A stretch of DNA of 64,000 nt from an uncultured beta proteobacterium (GTDB lineage: Bacteria; Pseudomonadota; Gammaproteobacteria; Burkholderiales; Casimicrobiaceae). The translations under genes and the position numbers were made by a program. The stretch is taken from NCBI GenBank assembly GCA_963701885.1, contig CAVPBR010000009.1, positions 60,507 to 124,506 on the forward strand. Reading direction: 5' to 3'. Shown here piece by piece: positions 20,434-31,276 of the stretch; position 1 is the first letter of the stretch; every line of letters starts with the position of its first letter. Under the pieces are notes generated by a model that saw nothing but the letters and a program-made list of their open reading frames with translations, did not search any database and was not told where the DNA came from.

Positions 20434-21468
20434 TCAGGATGCGATTTCGCGCCGAACCAGCGCCGCGCCGGCCCCGAGCGCCTGGAGTTTGGCTCGCGCG
20501 AGCGGGCGGGCAAGCGGGACCAGGCCACAATTGGTGCAGGGCAGCAAGCGCTCCGCCGGGACGAACCTGAGCGCCGACCGGATCACCTTCGCCACTTCTT
20601 CGGGAGTCTCCACCGTCGAATTGGCGACGTCGATCGCCCCGACCAGGACATCCTTGCCTGCCAGCAGCCCGAGCAGGTCGATCGGCACCCGCGAATGCGC
20701 GCATTCGAGGGACACCTGGCCGATCGTCGATTTGGCGAGCAACGGGAAGGTCTGCTCGTATTGGCGCCATTCGCTGCCCAGACTCTGTTTCCACTCGATG
20801 TTCGGCTTGATGCCGTAGCCGTAACAAATGTGCACTGCGGTGGTGCAAGGCAGATTGCGAGCTGCGCGCTCGAGGGTTGCGATACCCCAGTCGCGGACTT
20901 CGTCGAAATACACGTTGAACGCCGGCTCGTCGAACTGGATCACGTCGATGCCCGCCGCCGCGATCTCGCGCGCCTCGTCGTTCAGGATCTCGGCGAACGC
21001 CCAAGCGAGCTTTTCACGGCTGCCGTAGTGCGCGTCGAAGAGCGTGTCGACCATGGTCATTGGCCCGGGCAGCGTGTACTTGGCGCGCTGCGCGGTCTCG
21101 CCGCGCAGGAACGCGGCATCCCCGACATAGATCGGATGGCGGCGTGCCACCGGCCCGGTCACGACCGGCACCTGCGCGTCGTAACGGTTGCGGATGTGGA
21201 CAGTGCGCCGGTGCTCGAAATCGACGCCGTCCAGGCCCTCGATGAATGTGGTCACGAAATGGCGGCGTGTCTGCTCGCCGTCGCTGACGATGTCGATGCC
21301 CGCACGTTCCTGATCGCGCAGCGCAAGGCGCACCGCGTCGCGCTTGGCATCTTCGAGTGCCGCGCCGTCGAACTTCCACGCGGCCCAGAGCGTTTCGGGC
21401 TCGGCAAGCCAGGCGGGCTTGGGAAGGCTGCCCGCAATCGTTGTCTGAAGCAGGGTGTTAGTCGTCAC
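20434..21468 (-). CDS. Core (catalytic-domain-only) cobalamin-independent methionine synthase, MesD-like
   Basis: TIAGSLPKPAWLAEPETLW, SDGEQTRRHFVTTFIE, LPGPMTMVDTL, QFDEPAFN; Zn ligands HICYG, SLEC, TNCG. About 344 aa, with no N-terminal MetE barrel. Confidence 0.85.
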   Translation of the reverse strand: MTTNTLLQTTIAGSLPKPAWLAEPETLWAAWKFDGAALEDAKRDAVRLALRDQERAGIDIVSDGEQTRRHFVTTFIEGLDGVDFEHRRTVHIRNRYDAQVPVVTGPVARRHPIYVGDAAFLRGETAQRAKYTLPGPMTMVDTLFDAHYGSREKLAWAFAEILNDEAREIAAAGIDVIQFDEPAFNVYFDEVRDWGIATLERAARNLPCTTAVHICYGYGIKPNIEWKQSLGSEWRQYEQTFPLLAKSTIGQVSLECAHSRVPIDLLGLLAGKDVLVGAIDVANSTVETPEEVAKVIRSALRFVPAERLLPCTNCGLVPLARPLARAKLQALGAGAALVRREIAS

Positions 21469-21701
21469 GGGGGAGGTACGTTGGAGACTGGGAGGAGCTG
21501 CCATTCTATGCTCGGGCGCGCGCGACGGCCAAAACGCCGGTCCGACCGCTTGACCGGCCCGCGCGCGAGCGCGTACCTTTCGGCGACACCTCCCGCGGCC
21601 GCTTTCGCTCGCCGCCACCGGTTTCGCCGACCCCTGATGCCACGCGTTTTGAACTTGGTCATTTCTTGCGCGAGTGCGACCGCAGCTTCGAATGAGGCGC
21701 G

Positions 21702-22775
<1,074 letters not shown>

Positions 22776-22836
22776 CCTGTACGATGCTGTCGAGCCCTGT
22801 CCACGTCTATGTAGGTTGACCTGAAGGAGGAAATCC

Positions 22837-24160
22837 ATGAGTGAGTTCAAGCGCCGCAAGTTCCTGCAAGCTTCGGCCGGCGTCGCCGCCGGCGCCGCGA
22901 TGGGTCCGCTGCTCTGGTCGAAGGACGCCAACGCGCAGTGGCACAACGCGCCGGAGAAAGGGGCCAGCCTGCGCGTACTGCGGTGGAGCCAGTTCGTTCA
23001 GGGCGACATCGACCAGTACACGAAGAACGTCGCCAAATTCTCCGAAAAGTACGGGATTCCGGTGAAACTCGAGCACGAGGGTTGGGAAGACGTGCGGCCA
23101 AAGGCCGCAGTCGCGGCGAACACCGGCGCGGGTCCCGACATCGTTCTTGGGACCAACGACGACGCGAACCTGTATCCGGAGAAGCTGGTCGATGTCACCG
23201 ACCTCTGCGCCTATCTCGGCAACAAGCTCGGCGGCTTCTATCCGGTCTGCGATGCGTACCTGCGTCCCGACGGCAAGCACTGGATCGGCGTGCCGCTCGG
23301 CGTCGCCGGGGTGTGCATGGTTTATCGCCGGAGCGCGGTGCAGGCGGCGGGCTTCGAGAGCTTTCCCAGGGATTTCGACGGTTTCCTGAAGCTGTGCCAG
23401 GCACTGAAGGCGAAAGGTACGCCGGCGGGCTTTGCGCTCGGCAATGCCACCGGCGACGCGAATACCTGGTGCCAGTGGCTGGTCTGGGGCTTCGGCGGCA
23501 AGCTCGTCGACACCCACAACAACGTCGTGATCGACAGTCCCGAGACCCTGAAGGCGCTGGAGTTCGCGAAAGAGCTCTACCCGACGTTCATTCCCGGCAC
23601 GCTGTCGTGGCTCGATCCGAGCAACAACAAGGCGTTTCTCGACAACCAGCTCTACCTGACCAACAACGGCATCTCGATCTACTACGCCGCGAAGACCTCG
23701 TCCGACCCGAAGCTGAAAGAGATGTCGGCTGATATCTACCACGCCAACATGCCGGTCGGGACCGGTGGGCAGGCCGACCGAGTTCCAGCTTTTCTTCAAT
23801 CAGATGATCTTCAAGTACACGAAGTACCCGAAGGCAGCGAAGGAGTTCCTGCGCTTCATGATGGAGCCCGAGCAGACAGACCCCTGGATCGAGGCGTCGA
23901 TCGGCTATGTCACTCCGGCGCTGCGTTACTACGAAAAGAATCCGATCTGGACAGTCGATCCCAAGCACACCCCCTACCGCGACTCGATGAAGAACATGCT
24001 TCCTTCCGGCTACGCGGGAAAGATGGGTTACGCGTCGGCTGGCGCGCTCGCCGACTTCATCGTCGTCAACATGGTCGCCGAAGCGGCATCGGGGGCGAAG
24101 ACTCCGAAGGAAGCCGCCGCGCGCGCGCAGAAGCGTGCCGAGCGCTATTACAAGGTGTGA
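22837..24160 (+). CDS. Carbohydrate ABC substrate-binding protein, Tat-exported (apparent +1 frameshift near 23760)
   Basis: FKRRKFLQ twin-arginine signal; AGPDIV, WLDPSNNKAF; continues as GRPTEFQLFF...AERYYKV in the next frame. Confidence 0.88.
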
Positions 24161-24232
24161 CATCGCGCCAGCCGGCTGCGTGCCCGTCGTTGCGGTGCGT
24201 AGCCGCCGCGTGACCGGAGGGCCCGATTCCCC

Positions 24233-25144
24233 ATGACCCGGGCCCTCGCGCGCTTGCAGGACAACCGTAACGTGCTCGGGCTGCTGTTCATGCTGCCCGC
24301 GGCGGCGATCCTGCTCGTGTTCCTGACCTACCCGCTCGGTCTAGGCACCTGGCTCGGTTTCACCGACGCCAAGATCGGCCGGCCGGGCGTGTGGGTCGGC
24401 CTCGACAACTTCGAGTATCTGTGGGGCGATTCGGTGACGCGGCTCGTCCTTTTCAACACCATTTTCTACACGGTCGTTGCGAGCGTCATCAAGTTCGCGC
24501 TCGGCCTGTGGCTCGCGCTGCTGCTGAATGAGCGCCTGGCTTTCAAGGCCCTGCTGCGCGCGATCGTCCTGCTGCCGTTCATCGTCCCCACCGCACTGTC
24601 CGCGCTGGCGTTCTGGTGGATCTACGATGCGCAGTTTTCGGTGATTAGCTGGGTACTGATGCGATTGGGGCTGATCCACCAGTACATCGACTTCCTCGGC
24701 AATCCGTGGAATGCGCGGTTCTCCGTCATTGCGGCCAACATCTGGCGCGGAGTGCCTTTCGTTGCCATCACGCTGCTTGCCGGACTGCAGACGATCGCGC
24801 CGTCGTTCTACGAAGCGGCAAGCCTCGACGGCGCGTCGCGCTGGCAGCAGTTCCGCTACGTCACATTGCCGCTTTTGACGCCGATCATCGCCGTGGTGAT
24901 GACGTTCTCGGTCCTGTTCACTTTCACCGATTTCCAGTTGATCTACGTGCTGACCCGTGGCGGCCCGCTCAACGCCACCCACCTGATGGCGACGCTGTCG
25001 TTCCAGCGTGCCATTCCCGGCGGCGCCCTCGGCGAAGGTGCGGCGATCGCCACCGCGATGGTGCCGTTCCTGCTGGCGGCGATCCTGGTGTCGTATTTCG
25101 GACTGCAGCGCCGCATGTGGCAGCAGGGGAGCAAGGACAAATGA
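24233..25144 (+). CDS. Carbohydrate ABC permease 1
   Basis: VGLDNF, LLAGLQTI, EAASLDGAS (EAA motif), LTRGGP. Confidence 0.95.
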   Translation: MTRALARLQDNRNVLGLLFMLPAAAILLVFLTYPLGLGTWLGFTDAKIGRPGVWVGLDNFEYLWGDSVTRLVLFNTIFYTVVASVIKFALGLWLALLLNERLAFKALLRAIVLLPFIVPTALSALAFWWIYDAQFSVISWVLMRLGLIHQYIDFLGNPWNARFSVIAANIWRGVPFVAITLLAGLQTIAPSFYEAASLDGASRWQQFRYVTLPLLTPIIAVVMTFSVLFTFTDFQLIYVLTRGGPLNATHLMATLSFQRAIPGGALGEGAAIATAMVPFLLAAILVSYFGLQRRMWQQGSKDK

Positions 25145-26010
25145 GTGCCGAGCTCGACGCGCCGGGCATGCATTACCTGATGTCGCTGCCGCGGCGCGTG
25201 GTTACGATCTGGACGCCGCTCGCGGTGTTCGTGATCGTGTTGCTGTTCCCGTTCTACTGGATGGCAATGACGTCGTTCAAGCCGAACGCCGAGCTGCTGT
25301 CGCACGAGGCCAATCCCTTCTGGATCCACAGTCCGACGCTGGCACACGTCAAGTTCCTGCTGTTCGATACCGCCTATCCGAGCTGGCTGTGGAATACGCT
25401 GGTGGTATCGGTGGTGGCGACGGCGATCTCGCTCCTGTGCAGCGTGCTCGCCGCCTACGCGATCGAGCGTCTGCGCTTTCGCGGCTCGCGCTACGTCGGC
25501 ATGGCGATCTTCCTCGCCTACCTGGTGCCTCCGTCGATCCTGTTCATCCCGCTGGCGACAATCGTCACCAAATTGCACTTGTTCGACACCCGGCTCGCGC
25601 TGATTCTTACCTACCCGACGTTCCTGATCCCGTTCTCCACCTGGCTCCTGATGGGATACTTCAAGACGATTCCTGTCGAGCTCGAGGAATGCGCGCTGAT
25701 CGACGGCGCGAGCCGCCTGCAGATCCTGTTGCGCATTGTGCTGCCACTTGCGATACCCGGTCTCATTTCGGCGGGTATCTTCGCGTTCACGCTGTCGTGG
25801 AACGAGTTCATCTACGCGCTGACGTTCATCTCGTCGTCGGAGGTCAAGACGGTGCCGGTGGGTGTCGTCACCGACCTGGTCGAAGGCGACATCTACCACT
25901 GGGGGCCGTTGATGGCCGGCGCCCTGCTCGGCTCGCTGCCGGTGGCGATCCTGTACTCGTTCTTCGTCGAGTACTACGTATCGGGGCTGACCGGCGCGGT
26001 GAAGGAGTAA
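25141..26010 (+). CDS. Carbohydrate ABC permease 2
   Basis: LFPFYWM, IPVELEECALIDGAS, SWNEF; ATG overlaps upstream stop. Confidence 0.95.
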   Translation: MSAELDAPGMHYLMSLPRRVVTIWTPLAVFVIVLLFPFYWMAMTSFKPNAELLSHEANPFWIHSPTLAHVKFLLFDTAYPSWLWNTLVVSVVATAISLLCSVLAAYAIERLRFRGSRYVGMAIFLAYLVPPSILFIPLATIVTKLHLFDTRLALILTYPTFLIPFSTWLLMGYFKTIPVELEECALIDGASRLQILLRIVLPLAIPGLISAGIFAFTLSWNEFIYALTFISSSEVKTVPVGVVTDLVEGDIYHWGPLMAGALLGSLPVAILYSFFVEYYVSGLTGAVKE

Positions 26011-26043
26011 AATGACGAGTGATTTCAGCAGCCGGAGCCGGCC

Positions 26044-26370
26044 ATGAGCAGCATTCGAGACACCATAGCGGACCAGGTCAGGAAGAACCACGTGGTCCTG
26101 TACATGAAGGGGACGCCGCAATTTCCGCAGTGCGGTTTCTCCGCCACCGCCGCCGAGATCCTGAAGCGCTGCGGTGTTGCCGATTACGCGTCGTTCAACG
26201 TGTTGCAGAGCCCGGACCTGCGCGAAGGGATCAAGGAGTTCTCGAGCTGGCCGACGGTTCCGCAGCTCTACGTCGACGGTGAATTCGTCGGCGGCTGCGA
26301 CATCATGCGCGAGATGTTCCAGTCCGGCGAATTGCAGCAGCTTCTCGCAAAGGTGGGGTCAGAGCCGTAA
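26044..26370 (+). CDS. grxD: Monothiol glutaredoxin (Grx4)
   Basis: LYMKGTPQFPQCGFS, WPTVPQLYVDGEFVGGCDI. Confidence 0.97.
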   Translation: MSSIRDTIADQVRKNHVVLYMKGTPQFPQCGFSATAAEILKRCGVADYASFNVLQSPDLREGIKEFSSWPTVPQLYVDGEFVGGCDIMREMFQSGELQQLLAKVGSEP

Positions 26371-26375
26371 CCCCA
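26354..26375. repeat. REP-like short imperfect palindrome overlapping grxD stop
   Basis: TGGGGTCAGAGCCGTAACCCCA; the first 12 nt of the core are identical to 28156-28167. Confidence 0.6.
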
Positions 26376-26396
26376 ATCAAGCACGCGTGCTACGTC

Positions 26397-27104
26397 GTGC
26401 TTGCGGCGCTTGTTGGCTGCGCGGCGCCGCGCGAGGCGATCGCGGGTGTGGACAACGGCATCTGCTCACCTGGGGACGGCACGCGCCCGCCCGTTTATCT
26501 GACGCTGACCAGCAGCGGTCTCGTGCGTCTCGAACTGGCGCCGTCAGTCCCCAACGGGCTCGCAACGGTTCCGGTCTCGCGGGAGGCAATCGCAGCGCTT
26601 TGTGCCGAAGGGCTCGATGTTCGCTTCCACGAACATGGTCCGTTGCCCGCGGCATTTTCGATCATCCGGCGTAACGGCGCGGTCTACGGAAACTTGTGGA
26701 CTGCTGCCGCGACGCCGCCCGGCGCGTCCTCGCAGTGGGTGAAATTCGATCTGACGTCTGAATCCTTCGCGGGCAAGGGCGAGCACGCACCCATTGCGTT
26801 GTTCCTTGACGCACGGGCGCTCACTGCGGCGCCTCCTGCGATCGTCGGCAATGGCATGTTGTATGGCGACGTGCATCTTGCATCGAACGGTTGCGGAGGA
26901 CCCGCTGCACCGGGAGCGCCGGTGTTCAATGCGGAAATCGAGGCTTTCTGGGCTTCCGGCAATCACCTGTGGAGCAGTTCCTGCGGGAGCGTCGGCTTGG
27001 CGGATGGCGCGGCGTATCGGATCGTCCTCGAGGCGGGGGTCGACGGTTCGGTGTCGTACGTGAATGCTAGCGGCGGGTCGGTTGATCAATCTGAGTACCG
27101 GTGA
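26397..27104 (+). CDS. Hypothetical exported protein (possible lipoprotein; may be the N-half of one frameshifted gene with 27104-28192)
   Basis: Hydrophobic N-terminus with LVGC lipobox-like motif; start codon uncertain. Confidence 0.55.
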   Translation: MLAALVGCAAPREAIAGVDNGICSPGDGTRPPVYLTLTSSGLVRLELAPSVPNGLATVPVSREAIAALCAEGLDVRFHEHGPLPAAFSIIRRNGAVYGNLWTAAATPPGASSQWVKFDLTSESFAGKGEHAPIALFLDARALTAAPPAIVGNGMLYGDVHLASNGCGGPAAPGAPVFNAEIEAFWASGNHLWSSSCGSVGLADGAAYRIVLEAGVDGSVSYVNASGGSVDQSEYR

Positions 27105-28192
27105 TGGCGACGCTTCCGGAACGTCCGCCCCTTGTGACCGGCAACGGCGGCGTGATGGTGGCGTCGACGAATTTCTGCCCAGGATGCGGCGACTTCAGCC
27201 TCGATTTCTCCAACGTCGCTGCCGGATGGTCGATGGGCACACCGGACGGCGATGCGCTCTCCGATCAAGTGCTTCCATTGAGCCCCGGTGCCGACAGCGT
27301 TGTCTTTCCCGCGCAGCAGGAAGGTACGCCAGGACAGACACGCTTGGTAACGTTCGTGAACAGAAGTTCCGCTTCGCTGGACGTGACGTTCGACGTCACC
27401 GCCGGAAGCGGGCCCCACTGCGGCGGAACCGGCTCGACGTCGGCCTGCGCGCAGGAGATCGACGCGGCGCAGCGCAGTTACATCGTCACTGGCAACGGTT
27501 GCGATCCGGTGCTGCCCGGGAGCATCTGCACGGCATCGATTGCCTTCAATCCCCAGGGATCATTCCGCCTCGATGCCGTGCTGGCGTATCGAGCCGAAAA
27601 CGAATATGTACCGGCGGTTACGCTCGAGGGCGTCGGCGTGCCCGCGCCGGTATTTGCCGATACCGTGCCGGCTGTCGAATACTTCAACGCGGTCCTCGGG
27701 CATTATTTCGTGACGACGCTGCCGACCGAGACGACGGTGCTCGATACCGGTGTGATCTCCGGCTGGCTGCGTACGGGACAGTGGTTCTGGGCGTTTCCGG
27801 GTACGGGCAATCCGGGGCCTGGCCACAGTCCGGTTTGTCGATTCTATGGCCTGCCCGCAGCGGGCCTCGACTCGCATTTCTATTCGGCGTCGCCGGCCGA
27901 ATGCGCTGCGGTGCTCGAACGGTTTCCGAACGACTGGGTGCTCGAATCGTCGGATCTCTTCGATGTGGTGCTGCCGAATACCGGCACCGGGAGTTGTCCT
28001 GCGGGCTTCGCTTCGGTCTATCGGCTGTACAACGGCCGACCCGACGCGAACCACCGGTATACGACCGATGCGCAGATTCGCGCGAGCATGGTCGCCGCCG
28101 GTTGGATTGCCGAGGGTTATGGGCCGATCGGCGTTGTCATGTGCACGCCGGAAGCGGGGTCAGAGCCTCGCTCACTGCGTATCACGCAGTAA
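27104..28192 (+). CDS. Hypothetical protein with Ig-like (ASH/choice-of-anchor-like) segment and C-terminal DUF5648-like domain
   Basis: VTFVNRSS...NGC..VLPGSICT..IAFNP, then AVEYFNAVLGHYFVT...PVCRFYG...DSHFYS...CPAG..VYRLYN...NHRYT...GWIAEG...MCTP. Confidence 0.7.
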   Translation: MATLPERPPLVTGNGGVMVASTNFCPGCGDFSLDFSNVAAGWSMGTPDGDALSDQVLPLSPGADSVVFPAQQEGTPGQTRLVTFVNRSSASLDVTFDVTAGSGPHCGGTGSTSACAQEIDAAQRSYIVTGNGCDPVLPGSICTASIAFNPQGSFRLDAVLAYRAENEYVPAVTLEGVGVPAPVFADTVPAVEYFNAVLGHYFVTTLPTETTVLDTGVISGWLRTGQWFWAFPGTGNPGPGHSPVCRFYGLPAAGLDSHFYSASPAECAAVLERFPNDWVLESSDLFDVVLPNTGTGSCPAGFASVYRLYNGRPDANHRYTTDAQIRASMVAAGWIAEGYGPIGVVMCTPEAGSEPRSLRITQ

Positions 28193-28223
28193 GGGTGACT
28201 CTGACCCCGCTTCCGGCGTGCAC
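28141..28223. repeat. 83-bp palindrome with REP-like GGGGTCAGAG/CTCTGACCCC core; probable bidirectional terminator
   Basis: Perfect 25-bp arms 28141-28165 and 28199-28223, plus inner stem ACTGCGT-ATC-ACGCAGT; between convergent genes. Confidence 0.9.
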
Positions 28224-28226
28224 TTG

Positions 28227-30365
28227 CTACGTGCGCGCACGCTGGACGCGGCGCACGTCGGTGACGCGGCGCATCGCCCGCATCAGTTGTGCGAGATGGC
28301 GCCGATCGCGCACCTGCACGCCGAAGAACATCGCAACGTCGCCGCCGTCGGGGCGCTCCATCGACACCGTGTCGATGTTCACTTCGGCGTCGCCGATGGT
28401 CGTCGCGAGCTCGGCCAGCAGGCCGCGCCGGTCGGCGACCAGGACGCGCACTCCAGCGTCGAATACGCCTTCGACGTCGGGCGACCATTCGACATCGACG
28501 AGCTCGCCGCCATCGACGCGCTGCTTGCGCAATGTCACGCAGTCACGAATGTGGACGATCAACCCCTGGCCCCGGCGGAACTGGCCGATGATTGCGTCGC
28601 CCGGCAGCGGGCGGCAGCAGCGCGCGTACTGGATCGCCACCCCCTCGACACCGCGCAGCGACAGTGCACCGGGCTTCGCGGCGCTTCCGGGCACGGCATT
28701 CGCCGCGGTCTCGTCGCCCTTGCCGGCAGGGCGCGTCAGCGTCTGCGCAACGACGAACGACAGGCGCTTGCCGAGGCCGATGTCGGCAAGAATCTCGATC
28801 TGACTCTTGGCCCCGTATTCCCTTGCGAGCGCCTCCCAGCGCTCCCAGGTGATCGATTCCGGCTCGACCTTGAGTGTTGCGAGTGCCTGGTTCAGCAATC
28901 GCTCGCCAAGCGCCGCCGATTCCTGCTGCTGAAGACCTTTCAGGTAGTGCCGGATGCGCGAGCGCGCCTTGCCGGTGGTCACGAACGACAGCCACGACGG
29001 GCTGGGTCGCGCGGTCGGCGAGGTCAGGATCTCGACGTGGTCGCCATTCTTGAGCTCGGTGCGCAGCGGCAGGAGGTCGTAGTTGATCCTCGCGGCGACG
29101 CAATGGTGACCGATGTCGGTATGCACGCCGTAGGCGAAATCGACCGCGGTCGCTCCACGCGGAAGCGCCATGATCTTGCCTTTGGGTGTGAACAGGTAGA
29201 TCTCGTCGGGAAAGAGGTCGCCTTTGACGTGCTCGAGGAATTCCTTCGAGTCGCGCGATTCGGACTGGATCTCCAGCAGGCTCTGCAGCCAGCGATCGGT
29301 CTCGCGCTGCGCTTCGGCGAGGTCGAGCTGACCGCCTGACTTGTAGAGCCAGTGCGCGGCGACGCCGGCCTCGGCGATGCGATGCATGTCGTGGGTGCGC
29401 AACTGCGCCTCGAGCGGCGTGCCGAAAGGTCCGAACAGCGTCGTGTGCAGCGACTGGTAGCCGTTGGCCTTGGGGATCGCGATGTAGTCCTTGAACTTGC
29501 CCGGGATCGGCTTGTACAACTCGTGCAGCACGCCGAGTGCCGCATAGCAGGTGGCCTTGTCGTTCACCAGCACGCGCACGCCGTAGATGTCGAAGACCTG
29601 CGAGAACGTGTAGCGTTTCTCGCGCATCTTCCGGTACACCGAGTAGATCGTCTTTTCGCGCCCGCTCACCGTGGCGGCGATGTTGGCGCGCGCAAAGCCG
29701 TCACGGATGACGTCGAGCAGCCGGTTCATCACCTCGCGCCGGTTGCCACGCGCAGTCTTGATTGCCTGCGCGAGGATCCGGTAGCGCAACGAATGGAGGT
29801 GCTTGAACGACAGGTCCTGCAGCTCGAGGAACAGCGCGTTCAAGCCGAGGCGATTCGCGATCGGCGCGTAGATGTCGATGGTCTCGTGCGCAATGCGCTT
29901 GCGGTGCACCGGCGCCATCGCGTCGAGCGTGCGCATGTTGTGCAGCCGGTCGGCGAGCTTGATCAGGATGACGCGGACATCGCGCGCCATCGCCAGCAGC
30001 ATCTTGCGGAAGCTCTCGGCCTGCGCATCCTCGCGGCTTGCGAACTCGATCTGGTCGAGCTTCGACAGGCCGTCCACCATCGCGGCAACCGGCCGGCCGA
30101 ACTTCGACTCGATCTCGCCGCGGGAGACCGGCGTGTCCTCCATCACGTCGTGCAGCAACGCCGCCGCGAGACCCTCGGCGTCGAGGCGCCATTCCGACAG
30201 GATGCTCGCGACCGCGAGCGGGTGCGTGATGTACGGCTCGCCCGACTTGCGGAATTGTCCGCGGTGGGCGGACTCGGAGAACTCGAACGCGCGCTCGACG
30301 AGCGCGATGTCAGGCGTCGGCAGGTAGTGGCCGAGATGCCGGGTGAATTCGGCAATCTCCGACAT
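28227..30365 (-). CDS. spoT: Bifunctional (p)ppGpp synthetase/hydrolase
   Basis: HRGQFRKSGEPYITHP, LLHDVMEDT, IKLADRLHNMRT, KDYIAIPKANGYQSLHT; TGS and ACT domains; follows rpoZ. Confidence 0.96.
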   Translation of the reverse strand: MSEIAEFTRHLGHYLPTPDIALVERAFEFSESAHRGQFRKSGEPYITHPLAVASILSEWRLDAEGLAAALLHDVMEDTPVSRGEIESKFGRPVAAMVDGLSKLDQIEFASREDAQAESFRKMLLAMARDVRVILIKLADRLHNMRTLDAMAPVHRKRIAHETIDIYAPIANRLGLNALFLELQDLSFKHLHSLRYRILAQAIKTARGNRREVMNRLLDVIRDGFARANIAATVSGREKTIYSVYRKMREKRYTFSQVFDIYGVRVLVNDKATCYAALGVLHELYKPIPGKFKDYIAIPKANGYQSLHTTLFGPFGTPLEAQLRTHDMHRIAEAGVAAHWLYKSGGQLDLAEAQRETDRWLQSLLEIQSESRDSKEFLEHVKGDLFPDEIYLFTPKGKIMALPRGATAVDFAYGVHTDIGHHCVAARINYDLLPLRTELKNGDHVEILTSPTARPSPSWLSFVTTGKARSRIRHYLKGLQQQESAALGERLLNQALATLKVEPESITWERWEALAREYGAKSQIEILADIGLGKRLSFVVAQTLTRPAGKGDETAANAVPGSAAKPGALSLRGVEGVAIQYARCCRPLPGDAIIGQFRRGQGLIVHIRDCVTLRKQRVDGGELVDVEWSPDVEGVFDAGVRVLVADRRGLLAELATTIGDAEVNIDTVSMERPDGGDVAMFFGVQVRDRRHLAQLMRAMRRVTDVRRVQRART

Positions 30366-30385
30366 GCCGGGCCACCCGTCGGGGC

Positions 30386-30604
30386 CTACAACGTCACGGC
30401 AGGTGCGGTCTTGTGCAGCATCTCGATGCCCACCTTCCCGGCGGCGATCTCGCGCAGCGCGATGACGGTCGGCTTGTCGCGGTCAGCGTCGAGCAGCGGG
30501 GCCGAGCCCGACGTGATCTGGCGAGCCCGATTCGTGGCGGCCAGCGTCAACTCGAAGCGGTTGGGGATGCGTGAAAGGCAGTCGTCGATGGTAATGCGGG
30601 CCAT
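30386..30604 (-). CDS. rpoZ: RNA polymerase omega subunit
   Basis: [23 protein letters not shown]...[14 protein letters not shown]. Confidence 0.96.
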   Translation of the reverse strand: MARITIDDCLSRIPNRFELTLAATNRARQITSGSAPLLDADRDKPTVIALREIAAGKVGIEMLHKTAPAVTL

Positions 30605-30606
30605 GA

Positions 30607-31260
30607 TCAGGTTCCAGGTTCGGGGGCGAGCAGTCCGGCGAGCGCCTTCGCATGCCGGATCTGCTGCCTCGCGGTGGTGAGGCGCGCGGCGCGCACGATG
30701 ACGGATAGGTCGTCGATGGCCCGCGCAAAGTCCTGATTCATAATAACATAATCGAACTCCCCGCAGTGCCTCAACTCGTCGCGCGCCGCCTCGAGGCGGG
30801 TGGCAATCACCTCGGGCGGATCCTGAGCGCGCTTGACGAGGCGCTCCCGCAGCGCATCGATCGAAGGCGGGACGATGAAGATGTGAACGGAATCGGGGAC
30901 CACGCGACGGACTTGCGCCGCACCCTGCCAGTCGATTTCGAGCAGCACGTCTTGGCCGGCCGCGATCTGCGCCTTCAACCATCCCGCTGACGTGGCATAC
31001 CAGTTGCCGTGGACAAGGGCGTGTTCGAGGAACTCGCCACGGTCCTCGAGCGCGAGGAAAGTCGGGACGTCGACAAAGTGGTAGTGCTCGCCCTCACGCT
31101 CTCCGGGCCGCGGCGCGCGCGTCGTCCACGATACCGAAAGCCGGATGCCGGGCTCGCGCTCGAGCAGTGCGTTCACCATGCTGCTTTTGCCGCCGCCCGA
31201 GGGTGCGGCGACGACGAACAGGCAGCCCGATGCGCCGGGGCTCTGGGTGGTGATCGTCAT
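30607..31260 (-). CDS. gmk: Guanylate kinase
   Basis: [32 protein letters not shown]. Confidence 0.96.
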   Translation of the reverse strand: MTITTQSPGASGCLFVVAAPSGGGKSSMVNALLEREPGIRLSVSWTTRAPRPGEREGEHYHFVDVPTFLALEDRGEFLEHALVHGNWYATSAGWLKAQIAAGQDVLLEIDWQGAAQVRRVVPDSVHIFIVPPSIDALRERLVKRAQDPPEVIATRLEAARDELRHCGEFDYVIMNQDFARAIDDLSVIVRAARLTTARQQIRHAKALAGLLAPEPGT

Positions 31261-31276
31261 TCTTGCCCCGCGGCAC

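Noticed and set aside
21469-21701. SAM, SAH or cobalamin riboswitch upstream of the methionine synthase (also checked 12912-13082 upstream of mtnA)
   Set aside because: No recognisable consensus by eye; needs an Infernal/Rfam scan to exclude.
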